Virus record (IMG/VR): IMGVR_UViG_3300027754_000037
Source: a virus
Taxonomy: Duplodnaviria > Caudoviricetes
Direction: 5' to 3' (one strand)
DNA: 64,000 nucleotides
Every line of letters begins with the position of its first letter. Positions within the stretch are counted from its first letter, which is position 1. Shown here in pieces: positions 25,545 through 33,567 of the stretch. The notes beneath the pieces are model-generated. The model made no database searches. It was not told where the DNA came from and saw nothing but the letters and a program-made list of their open reading frames with translations. The translations under genes and the position numbers were made by a program.

Positions 25545-26173
25545 TCCTCAATAAGATCTGCAATTATCTTGTTGGGTAGTTCTAGAACTATGTCTGCAAG
25601 TTTTTGCAGGTCTATTCGATTGTTGTATGGACTATCAAAATAGGATCTGTGTGCTGAGTTTGCAACCATTAATTCATTATCTTCTAACATGACTGCTCCA
25701 AAACAGGCATGAGCACAACTGATATTTTCATGTTCTGGTGGGATGTTCTCATCACCCATTTGGGACATGAGTTCATTTTGTATTTTTTCTGCCGTTTCTT
25801 TGTTTGTGTCAATTCCCCGAAGGTAACTGATAGCCCATTTTTTGAAGATGGGATTTTGAATGATTTGCAAACAGCAAAGAATGGCAAATGTTACTCTGTG
25901 GCTTCTTGTAATTGGTGGTTGTAGTGCGATTTTGGTTGTGGTGAGTTTGGTTGTCTCGAAATAGAATCCAATTTTTTTTGGATTTTCAGGAACTGCTTCC
26001 CATATTTTGGGTTTTTGAATTCCTTCATAGGCTGGATGCATAAATAAAGCAGTCGGGATGTGATCATAAACGGAAAAGGGAAAGTTGGGATTGGTTTCTT
26101 CGTGTGTGATATCGGTTCCCCACTCGACACCTCTTTCGGTCATGTCATTGCAATCAGTAACAAGGTAATACAT
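25541..26173 (-). CDS. hypothetical phage protein
   Basis: MYYLVTD...VEWG...H; AAGGGA SD upstream; its start codon overlaps that of the divergent gene. Confidence 0.6.
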   Translation of the reverse strand: MYYLVTDCNDMTERGVEWGTDITHEETNPNFPFSVYDHIPTALFMHPAYEGIQKPKIWEAVPENPKKIGFYFETTKLTTTKIALQPPITRSHRVTFAILCCLQIIQNPIFKKWAISYLRGIDTNKETAEKIQNELMSQMGDENIPPEHENISCAHACFGAVMLEDNELMVANSAHRSYFDSPYNNRIDLQKLADIVLELPNKIIADLIED

Positions 26174-26798
26174 GAGAATCATCCCTTCTGCTCTTGAAAT
26201 AAGATGGTTTTGTGCAACTCTTTTTCTGTTTATTATAATAGTTTGTCTTGGTTTTAATGATAAAAAACATCCAGCACAGTACGAGATTGCTTTCAAAACT
26301 TTGACTAGACAACCCGATGATATCACTTGTGGTCCAGCAAGTACCGTGATGGTCCTGAGCCATTATGGGAAAAATATTTCTATTGATGAAGTCAAGAAAA
26401 TAACAAAAACTGTGTGGTATAGCAGAAACGGCGTTGATTTCGGTATGACTGCGCCTCAGTTGATACGAGAAGCCTTGGATTATTTTGGTTTTTTTTCTAA
26501 GTTAAATTATGGTGGTCTGGATACTCTGAAGCATTTTGTGAGTTTGGGAAAACCTTGTATAGTTTTGATTCGCAGCGATGAGTACGCATGGCATTATGTT
26601 GTGGTCACGGGATTTAGTGATGGAAAAATAAAATTTGCGAATCCAACCCAAGGACAAATGGAAATTGTCTCTGAGGAGACTTTTGTAAGGGCTTGGAGAT
26701 GGACTGGCGATTTATCTGGTCGTGACTGTGGTTGGTGGATAGCATTCTGGTTGAGAACTATGGAAATCTATCCAAACTCTTTCGTACATTTGGAATGA
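26172..26798 (+). CDS. Peptidase C39-like protein with N-terminal TM/signal
   Basis: Q..DITCGPAS (Cys), WHYVVVTG (His), FANP (Asn). Confidence 0.75.
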   Translation: MRIIPSALEIRWFCATLFLFIIIVCLGFNDKKHPAQYEIAFKTLTRQPDDITCGPASTVMVLSHYGKNISIDEVKKITKTVWYSRNGVDFGMTAPQLIREALDYFGFFSKLNYGGLDTLKHFVSLGKPCIVLIRSDEYAWHYVVVTGFSDGKIKFANPTQGQMEIVSEETFVRAWRWTGDLSGRDCGWWIAFWLRTMEIYPNSFVHLE

Positions 26799-26815
26799 TC
26801 TTGCAGAAATTTGTA

Positions 26816-26823
26816 TATAAATA
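26816..26823 (+). promoter_or_regulatory. T4-type late-promoter-like TATAAATA
   Basis: Exact match 18 nt upstream of ATG 26841. Confidence 0.45.
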
Positions 26824-26840
26824 AGTAATATGAGGTGGTT

Positions 26841-27803
26841 ATGAAATTGAAATATCTTCCCTTGGTGATGTTTTTGGCTTTAGGACTTATATGGTTGCTC
26901 AAGAGCAACAACAAATCTGAAGTGGGCGAGGGAATTACTGAACAAGACATGCCCTCCGTGGTTTTTCGTAATGTTTTAAGCAGCGCACCGGAACCTAGTG
27001 ATGAACCTCGTTGGATGAAATGGCCCAGAATGCGTGAAGTAAGCGATCCTAAATATGGGGTCGTGCTCGGAGACTTGGAATCCCACATGCCGAAGGACCA
27101 TGTTTATCGTGATGCCAACAAAATGACATGGGCGCACGAAACAACCCACGGAATCAACGCAAACATTCGTAACAGAACCTTCGACCAAGATGCTGTCAAC
27201 GGATTTTATGTGCTTCAGGATCGTGCTATTTTGCTCAAGGAGCCCAAGACAACCATTCGTGATGTAGCTATCAAGATACCTGAAGTTTTACGGGGTCCTA
27301 GCTATAAACTTTATTTGGTTGAGCAAGCCGTAGCTTGGAATGACAGGCCTCTATACCTCATGGATGAGTGGATCAGTTATACTAATGGCTCTGAGGTTGG
27401 CAAGGAATTGAATGTTTATGGCTGGCACTACGAATTGCTGCAAGCTCACAACTTCAATGTTTATTGCACTTATTTGGCTATGGTCATCCAGCGTGATTTG
27501 AGTGATTATCAAGAGACAGAATTCAAGAAATTCCTAAAGTGGAACACCGAAAGGGTTTTCATGATTACACTTCCATCCGATAAAACAGTCATAGATAAGG
27601 GAATGCCAGATGTGAAGGTTGCAGCAGCCAGTAACGCCCACATTTGCCCTCATCAAAAATTGGAAGTTGGTGGGGAATTCGACATGAAAATTGTCGATGA
27701 TTATTTGGAAGTGATTCGTAAATCGCCCCAAGCTGACAATTTCAGGAAATTTGCCAAGTCTTATTTTGGAGACGACTGGTGCAAAAAAGTTTATGGATTT
27801 TGA
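26841..27803 (+). CDS. Secreted or anchored zincin-like metalloprotease
   Basis: N-terminal signal helix; WAHETTHGIN (HExxH) and downstream LMDEWISY. Confidence 0.6.
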   Translation: MKLKYLPLVMFLALGLIWLLKSNNKSEVGEGITEQDMPSVVFRNVLSSAPEPSDEPRWMKWPRMREVSDPKYGVVLGDLESHMPKDHVYRDANKMTWAHETTHGINANIRNRTFDQDAVNGFYVLQDRAILLKEPKTTIRDVAIKIPEVLRGPSYKLYLVEQAVAWNDRPLYLMDEWISYTNGSEVGKELNVYGWHYELLQAHNFNVYCTYLAMVIQRDLSDYQETEFKKFLKWNTERVFMITLPSDKTVIDKGMPDVKVAAASNAHICPHQKLEVGGEFDMKIVDDYLEVIRKSPQADNFRKFAKSYFGDDWCKKVYGF

Positions 27804-27811
27804 GAGGAATC

Positions 27812-28294
27812 ATGAAATTTAAAGATTGGATTGTTAGTAAAGTTAAAAATGAAATGGCATCTTTCAGTTTACGGAAGGATCAGTTCACTATTCCTTGTCG
27901 TTTTTTGACCATGCGAAAACTTCCTTGCAAAGAAGAGGATGTTTACGCACTTGATATGAGATTCGAGGACCCCGAAGCTTATTCTTCTCCTTATAATCAT
28001 TTGCACCAGCATTCTTTTTTTGCAGCCTTGGTTCCCGGCACGAAAAATTATCTTGTTTATCATGGTGGTGAGCATCCTGCTGATGTGATGCCTGAAGGTC
28101 TTGCTTTGAATGCTGGATATTTGCCTGTAGACAACAACGGAATAGACCGCAGTAACGGAGCTATGTCAAGCAAGGGTTATTACTTGGTTCCAAATGATTG
28201 GTTTGTTCACGCCTTGTTGATGAATAAAGACTATGAAGAAATCAAACCAGCTTTGGCAGACTTCACGGGTTTGAGAGCAGCACACTTGTCCTGA
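27812..28294 (+). CDS. hypothetical protein (CTS-like N-terminus)
   Basis: GAGG RBS; MKFKDWIVSKVKNE. Confidence 0.65.
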   Translation: MKFKDWIVSKVKNEMASFSLRKDQFTIPCRFLTMRKLPCKEEDVYALDMRFEDPEAYSSPYNHLHQHSFFAALVPGTKNYLVYHGGEHPADVMPEGLALNAGYLPVDNNGIDRSNGAMSSKGYYLVPNDWFVHALLMNKDYEEIKPALADFTGLRAAHLS

Positions 28295-28303
28295 GTACGA
28301 CTC

Positions 28304-29155
28304 ATGAAGGTTTTATACATTTTGAACGAGTCATGTTTTTACATGCGACTTGCGTGGTTCAGTCTTACCACTCTGAGGAAATACAATCCCGACATACCTG
28401 TTGAAATACTTTTTATCTGCGACAACAAAAGAGAGAACCGCTTTCTGGGCAGGCTTGAAAAGCTTGATATGGGGATTCCTTGGTTCAATAAATCGATGTT
28501 TTTTGATGAATGCGAGCATCTGGGGGTAAAACTTAATATTGTTGAAAACATCGAAATGGGAGAGGAAGAAGGCTTTCATTCAGCACAAAGGAAAGAATTT
28601 GTAAGGGTTGATGGCGAACAAATACTTCTCCTAGATGCAGACACTTTTATTTTCGATGATATATCATGCATCTTTGATAATCTGAGATATTATGATATAA
28701 TTATAGATCAAAACGAATGGAGTAATTTTGGCAACAGGTTCCCCTTCATGGGGAAATACCAAAGGCCATTTAATTCAGGAGTGGTTCTCTTCGGTAAAGG
28801 TTTTTTGCAAGAGTACGGAAAAAGAGTTTTTGACTTATGTCTTGAAATAAAACATGAAAGACACGCTGTTGGAAAGTGGCTTGGAGAATACGAATCAAAC
28901 AAAGATATAGTAATTCCAAAATTAAGTAGGGAAGAGTTCGCATTGACGCTGTTTATTCTTGAAAATAAAATTAATTTTCGATTTTTCAATAGGAGTGAAG
29001 TGCAAACTGGAAGGTTGACTGGAAGAACACGAATATATCACACTATGACTCAATATTGGCCAGCAGCATGGCAAAAATTCTTTAAAAATGGCGTTTTTAA
29101 ACCTCCTTTTTTTTATAGGCCAAAATCTTTCATAAAAATCAATAGACATCAATAG
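28304..29155 (+). CDS. GT-A glycosyltransferase (GT8-like)
   Basis: LLLDADTF (DxD) and FNSGVVLF. Confidence 0.7.
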   Translation: MKVLYILNESCFYMRLAWFSLTTLRKYNPDIPVEILFICDNKRENRFLGRLEKLDMGIPWFNKSMFFDECEHLGVKLNIVENIEMGEEEGFHSAQRKEFVRVDGEQILLLDADTFIFDDISCIFDNLRYYDIIIDQNEWSNFGNRFPFMGKYQRPFNSGVVLFGKGFLQEYGKRVFDLCLEIKHERHAVGKWLGEYESNKDIVIPKLSREEFALTLFILENKINFRFFNRSEVQTGRLTGRTRIYHTMTQYWPAAWQKFFKNGVFKPPFFYRPKSFIKINRHQ

Positions 29156-29163
29156 ATATTTTC

Positions 29164-29328
29164 ATGAAAAAGAAGAAAAAGATACCTATGCATCCCACCA
29201 AAACTTTGCACATGCAATTCCATGACAAAGTGGCACCGATGTCAGCTTGTGGCGAGAGTTTTATGGGATTTACGGAGTGGCTTCAAAAGAGAGATTTGAA
29301 GCATCCTGCGAAGCGTAGAAAGGGTTGA
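29164..29328 (+). CDS. 54-aa basic protein (not in ORF track)
   Basis: MKKKKKIPMHPTK...ESFMGFTEWLQKRDLKHPAKRRKG*, followed by a terminator. Confidence 0.45.
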   Translation: MKKKKKIPMHPTKTLHMQFHDKVAPMSACGESFMGFTEWLQKRDLKHPAKRRKG

Positions 29329-29360
29329 ATGAAGAACTGAAAGATCATCAGTTTGATGAT

Positions 29361-29395
29361 AAAAAAGCACCCACTTTGAAGGGGGTGCTTTTTTT
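29361..29395. terminator. Bidirectional terminator
   Basis: AAAAAAGCACCC / GGGTGCTTTTTT between convergent genes. Confidence 0.75.
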
Positions 29396-29397
29396 AT

Positions 29398-29688
29398 TTA
29401 TACAAATTTTTTGTCAGCCAACCTCTGAGCTTTCTCAATTTTGCCATTTACCAAAGCTTTGGAGAACTTTTTTTTATGAACTAGTTCTCTGACAGCGTCT
29501 ATCTCTTCGATTCCGATAGGACGGGAGAAGAAAATGCGGTGTTCTTCATTTTGATGTCCAATATAGCAGATGCTTTCTCCGCTTTCAGCATCGAGAATCT
29601 TGACAACATCTTTGCCAAGTCCTGATATTGCGTCTAATGCGTTTATCTCGACAATTTTTTTCTTTTCAATTGAATCTTTAGACTTCAT
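29398..29688 (-). CDS. hypothetical protein
   Basis: AAGGA RBS; ATG overlaps the stop of the 2H gene. Confidence 0.55.
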   Translation of the reverse strand: MKSKDSIEKKKIVEINALDAISGLGKDVVKILDAESGESICYIGHQNEEHRIFFSRPIGIEEIDAVRELVHKKKFSKALVNGKIEKAQRLADKKFV

Positions 29689-30068
29689 GACAATTCCTTT
29701 AATGCTACTTCTTGGACAACTCCCGAGAGTTGGATCGATGGTATTGGTGTCCAAGACTGCAAATTATTGCTATCTTTGGGCTTACCGCCAGCGACTCTGT
29801 TAAGAGCTACCGTTATATGCTTGGGGCTTTTTTTGCTTGGCACATCGGTTTCTACTTCAACAGCGATTACTTTATCACTTTGACCCACTTTTGTCACTAT
29901 CAACTTTGCATAATTTCCAAGTAGATCAGCGGCAGGTCCATCCACGGCTTTGCCAAGGTTGATAGTCATGTGGTGACAGATCATTTCCCATCCATCTGGA
30001 ACCTGCGAAACAAAGTGGGAAATTAAATTAGATTGAGAAAGTTCGTCCAAAACAACTGCTGTATACAT
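29685..30068 (-). CDS. 2H phosphoesterase (tRNA-ligase cyclic phosphodiesterase-like)
   Basis: Two HxT motifs: CHHMTINLG and PKHITVA. Confidence 0.7.
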   Translation of the reverse strand: MYTAVVLDELSQSNLISHFVSQVPDGWEMICHHMTINLGKAVDGPAADLLGNYAKLIVTKVGQSDKVIAVEVETDVPSKKSPKHITVALNRVAGGKPKDSNNLQSWTPIPSIQLSGVVQEVALKELS

Positions 30069-30069
30069 A

Positions 30070-30681
30070 TCAAGCACTTTCAATAAAAGAGTATTTGACT
30101 TTGACCTCAATCAGCATCTCAGGCATACCGATATGTGTGCAAATTTTATGTTTTTTAGCTTCTTTGGCCGTCAAGAAAATGTCAGCGTGACTTTTTTCGT
30201 GAATTAATTTGTCAAAGTAGCCTTCCTTTTGACCGCAATTTCTGGCCATGATTTGGAAAATTAATTTATTGAGTCGGTCGCATTCCTTGGCATCGGCTTT
30301 GATTTCCTCGTTTTTACCAACCGTGTTGGTTGCTGCATCGTGAAGCATCAAAGTTGCAATTTCACTCATGAATCTCTTTTGGCCTGTGCTGAAGAGGATT
30401 GCTCCAGCGCTCATAGCTTTACCTGTACAGATGGTGTAAACCGGAAGGCTACACTTTTCAACATGGGATATCATATCGAGACAACCGTAAACGCTACCGC
30501 CGTATGAGTCGATTAAAATTGGCACGAAGGGCTGTCCTGTTTGCTGTGCATCTTCCATTTCCTTACGAAAATCTTTGACGGCAATTTCCGTGAATTGCTG
30601 AACCAAAACCACCACAGGGTTTTCAATCAATTCGCTATGTTTGGAACGAATGCGTGGATCAACGATTAATTTTTTAAACAT
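30070..30681 (-). CDS. clpP: ClpP-family serine protease
   Basis: IDSYGGSV, CTGKAMSAGAIL (Ser), LMLHD (His), DIFLTAKEAKK. Confidence 0.85.
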   Translation of the reverse strand: MFKKLIVDPRIRSKHSELIENPVVVLVQQFTEIAVKDFRKEMEDAQQTGQPFVPILIDSYGGSVYGCLDMISHVEKCSLPVYTICTGKAMSAGAILFSTGQKRFMSEIATLMLHDAATNTVGKNEEIKADAKECDRLNKLIFQIMARNCGQKEGYFDKLIHEKSHADIFLTAKEAKKHKICTHIGMPEMLIEVKVKYSFIESA

Positions 30682-30902
30682 TTCAGTTCTCTATAACGGA
30701 GAAATTCGAGTCTAACTGAATTCAGCATGTCAATGATGCCGATTCGGGTTTTATACTTAATTTCATCAGTTTCTTCAAGATTGGAATTTTTAATTTTTTG
30801 AATTATGTCAGAAAATTCTTTTAAATTACTTATGATTACTTTTGCATGGTCGTGTTCATCTGTGATAAAGATTACTCCTTTTTGATGACTAACTTTAATC
30901 AT
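30666..30902 (-). CDS. hypothetical protein
   Basis: 78-aa ORF co-oriented with and overlapping clpP. Confidence 0.5.
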   Translation of the reverse strand: MIKVSHQKGVIFITDEHDHAKVIISNLKEFSDIIQKIKNSNLEETDEIKYKTRIGIIDMLNSVRLEFLRYRELKCLKN

Positions 30903-30964
30903 AAGTGTCCTTGTCGTGATGGAATATTTACGAGACTTGTTTCAATAATTTTTTTGAGGAAATA

Positions 30965-31351
30965 ATGGAAAAGAACCACAAACATTTGGTGCTCAACGCA
31001 TCAGTCAAAAGCCCCATCATCAGCGAGGAAGAATGCAAAAACTGGCTTATCAAACTCGTTGAAATAATTGATATGAACATTCTAATACCACCCGTAGCAA
31101 AATATTGCAACACGGCAGGCAACGAAGGAGTTACAGGGACCATAGTGATTGAAACAAGTCACAGCAGCATTCATGTGTGGCACAAGGAAGCTGCGCCTTA
31201 CATCAGAATGGATGTGTATTCCTGCAAGGATTTTGATGTGCAGAAAGTGATTGATTTTGTTCGAGAAACTATGAATGTTGTAAGTGGTGGTTACATTCTT
31301 CTAGACAGAAATAATATTATTCCTGAATGGACCCATATTGGATCATTTTAA
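30965..31351 (+). CDS. speD: S-adenosylmethionine decarboxylase proenzyme (SpeD/SpeH-type)
   Basis: HLVL, GVTGTIVIETSHSSIHVW (autocleavage E-S/T-SH motif), MDVYSCKDF; GAGG RBS. Confidence 0.8.
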   Translation: MEKNHKHLVLNASVKSPIISEEECKNWLIKLVEIIDMNILIPPVAKYCNTAGNEGVTGTIVIETSHSSIHVWHKEAAPYIRMDVYSCKDFDVQKVIDFVRETMNVVSGGYILLDRNNIIPEWTHIGSF

Positions 31352-31702
31352 CATTGTGCTCATAATCATCTTGGTTTCCATTTCATAGGAATTGCAGATT
31401 TCCCTGTGGGTTTCTGGATTTTGGATGAGCCAGTTCATCAATTCTCCCAAACCCACAAATGGCAAGGCTACTAGCACACTCGTACCCGGAATTGGACTTA
31501 AACATCCAACCAAAGCTGCTGCCATGATTACTTTTGACATGCTTTCTCCGTAACGATCCCGCAATAAAAGGTAATTTTCTTGAATTTTCTTTTTGAATGA
31601 ATCCGTGATGGAAGTGATTTGAACTATTTTCACTTCTTGTTCAATCGCATTTTCCATAGTACATTTTTCTATGAGGTTGAAATCAAGTTTGTGATCAAGC
31701 AT
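31343..31702 (-). CDS. hypothetical membrane protein
   Basis: Hydrophobic segment IMAAALVGCLSPIPGTSVLVALPF. Confidence 0.55.
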   Translation of the reverse strand: MLDHKLDFNLIEKCTMENAIEQEVKIVQITSITDSFKKKIQENYLLLRDRYGESMSKVIMAAALVGCLSPIPGTSVLVALPFVGLGELMNWLIQNPETHREICNSYEMETKMIMSTMLK

Positions 31703-31703
31703 A

Positions 31704-32564
31704 TCAAGACCTTTTCTTGAGAATGTTGGAAGCCAATTCTGACATGTAGTGTGCAGTAGGAGTCTGTATCAGTTTGCTTATTGTTTCAATTGGATCGCCA
31801 AAACAAATCCTTTTTGGCATGGGATAGGTGTACATCGACTTGTTGAAAACTGGTGGCATGCCATGATCATAGTCGATGAACGGGGTGATTTTACTGTCAA
31901 TCATCGTTGATGATAGACCGTATGTGCCAAAAATATAAGCTTGATCGAAGACATCAGACAAATTCAAAGCCCATGCTAATTTGACAGTTTCTTTCCAAAT
32001 TGTTCTTTTGTTAATCAACTGGCGCAAAATCAAGGTTTCGGCAACCTGCAAAACCCTGTTGAAAAATTCAAATGTGAATTCCTTGAAACACATGATTCCC
32101 CCCAAGGGGACCCAATTTTTTAAGTAATATTCTTTGTTGTTTGGCATCACTTCCCAAAAATCGCCCGCCATTTTTTCTGCGTTTTGGAATGTAAAAGTAG
32201 CGTCAGGAGCGAAGATGCAGGCTCTGAATTGATTTTCAGGAAATGGCTGAAAACCTTGTTGACTTATCAAGACATGAGGATCGATAATCGTAAATTCATT
32301 TTTGATCTTGTTATTTTGTATGCAATGAATTAAAGAATATAATTGATTTAGTTTTACAAATCCCCTTTTATGGCCGATATTATTGTGTAAAAATTTATTG
32401 TTGTGATTGTTGATGTTTACGGGGAAAAAATACCCCGGATCATCCGTTTCTGCCACGGATATAATAAGATTATTTGCTTCACCCTGAGCAATAAAACTCT
32501 CTATCATCAATTCATATTGCCATTGATAATAGGTTGTGTTTTCGCTGCTGACAAAATACTCCAT
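31704..32564 (-). CDS. Glycosyltransferase resembling the plant peptidyl-serine galactosyltransferase / Hyp arabinosyltransferase family (GT96/GT95-like)
   Basis: N-terminal SSENTTYYQWQYELMIESF..QG pattern; IIDP at the DxD position. Confidence 0.5.
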   Translation of the reverse strand: MEYFVSSENTTYYQWQYELMIESFIAQGEANNLIISVAETDDPGYFFPVNINNHNNKFLHNNIGHKRGFVKLNQLYSLIHCIQNNKIKNEFTIIDPHVLISQQGFQPFPENQFRACIFAPDATFTFQNAEKMAGDFWEVMPNNKEYYLKNWVPLGGIMCFKEFTFEFFNRVLQVAETLILRQLINKRTIWKETVKLAWALNLSDVFDQAYIFGTYGLSSTMIDSKITPFIDYDHGMPPVFNKSMYTYPMPKRICFGDPIETISKLIQTPTAHYMSELASNILKKRS

Positions 32565-32583
32565 GTTTTTATTGAGTAACAGC

Positions 32584-32591
32584 TATAAATA
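32584..32591 (+). promoter_or_regulatory. T4-type late-promoter-like TATAAATA
   Basis: Exact match in the divergent intergenic gap. Confidence 0.4.
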
Positions 32592-32626
32592 TTTCCGCTT
32601 TTCCAAAGTGTTTTCAGGCGGCATGA

Positions 32627-32959
32627 ATGTCATATGAAGCATACAAACAAGTAGTCGATATCCTAAAACAAAGATGCAAGCTTGCGTTTCCGGTAAGCAT
32701 ACGCAGAACCAGTCTTAAAAATCTCGATGGGGATTGTTGCCTAAAAAACAAAAAATTCTACATTAGAATAGACAGCAACCTCAGCGAAGCTTCTGCAATA
32801 GACACTATTTTGCATGAATTTGCCCATGCCCGTGCGTGGAATCATCTACACGACTCTCTCAACCCCCACGAATTTCAGGACCAAGTTCATGATGCCTCAT
32901 GGGGAGTGGCATATAGCGAAGTTTATCAAATATACGAAAAGAATTTTTTAAAAAACTAG
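32627..32959 (+). CDS. small zincin-like (HExxH) protein
   Basis: DTILHEFAHA and HDASWG. Confidence 0.65.
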   Translation: MSYEAYKQVVDILKQRCKLAFPVSIRRTSLKNLDGDCCLKNKKFYIRIDSNLSEASAIDTILHEFAHARAWNHLHDSLNPHEFQDQVHDASWGVAYSEVYQIYEKNFLKN

Positions 32960-33567
32960 TGCTCGTGCGACACATTATTTGGAATATCATTAATGACTAT
33001 TTTCTTAATATTAGGAAATTTCGTTTTAACCTCAGGAACAAATTCCTTAAATTTAAGTATTTGATCTGGTCTATCTTCGTGAATTTCAAGTGTTTTATAA
33101 TTTGGGTTCAAGAGACCCATAATAAAATTGAATTTAATTTCAAAAGTGCTGCTGCCAACAGTTCCCGGTTGGCCAGTCAGGAAATATCCGTCCATTTTGA
33201 GGTCAGCATGATCAAGAATCTGCGTAATCCTGCGACGAAACTGGTTGGGACGACCCGTCATCAACACAACGGTAGCTTCAGAATCACTTAGATCATTCTT
33301 ACAGCTTTCAACTGACTTGGTGATATACCATTCTGGTCCCGGCATTTCAGGAACCAAGGGAGGCGACAAAGTTTCTAGCCTGCCCCACCATCCACGATGA
33401 GGCCAAGGATATCCAGTTATATCTTTATATAAAACCTTACCAGTATCTGAGTCTGGGGAATGAAACAAAGTGCCATCGAAGTCGTAGATGATCAATCTAG
33501 ACACATTAACTGCGCTCTCGTTCAGTCTATTCTGGCAATATTCCTTAAATCTTGATATTTTAGCCAT
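32956..33567 (-). CDS. HAD-superfamily phosphatase (Swiss-army-knife RNA-repair type)
   Basis: IYDFDGTLFHSP, WWG, LMTGR, IHEDR. Confidence 0.75.
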   Translation of the reverse strand: MAKISRFKEYCQNRLNESAVNVSRLIIYDFDGTLFHSPDSDTGKVLYKDITGYPWPHRGWWGRLETLSPPLVPEMPGPEWYITKSVESCKNDLSDSEATVVLMTGRPNQFRRRITQILDHADLKMDGYFLTGQPGTVGSSTFEIKFNFIMGLLNPNYKTLEIHEDRPDQILKFKEFVPEVKTKFPNIKKIVINDIPNNVSHEH

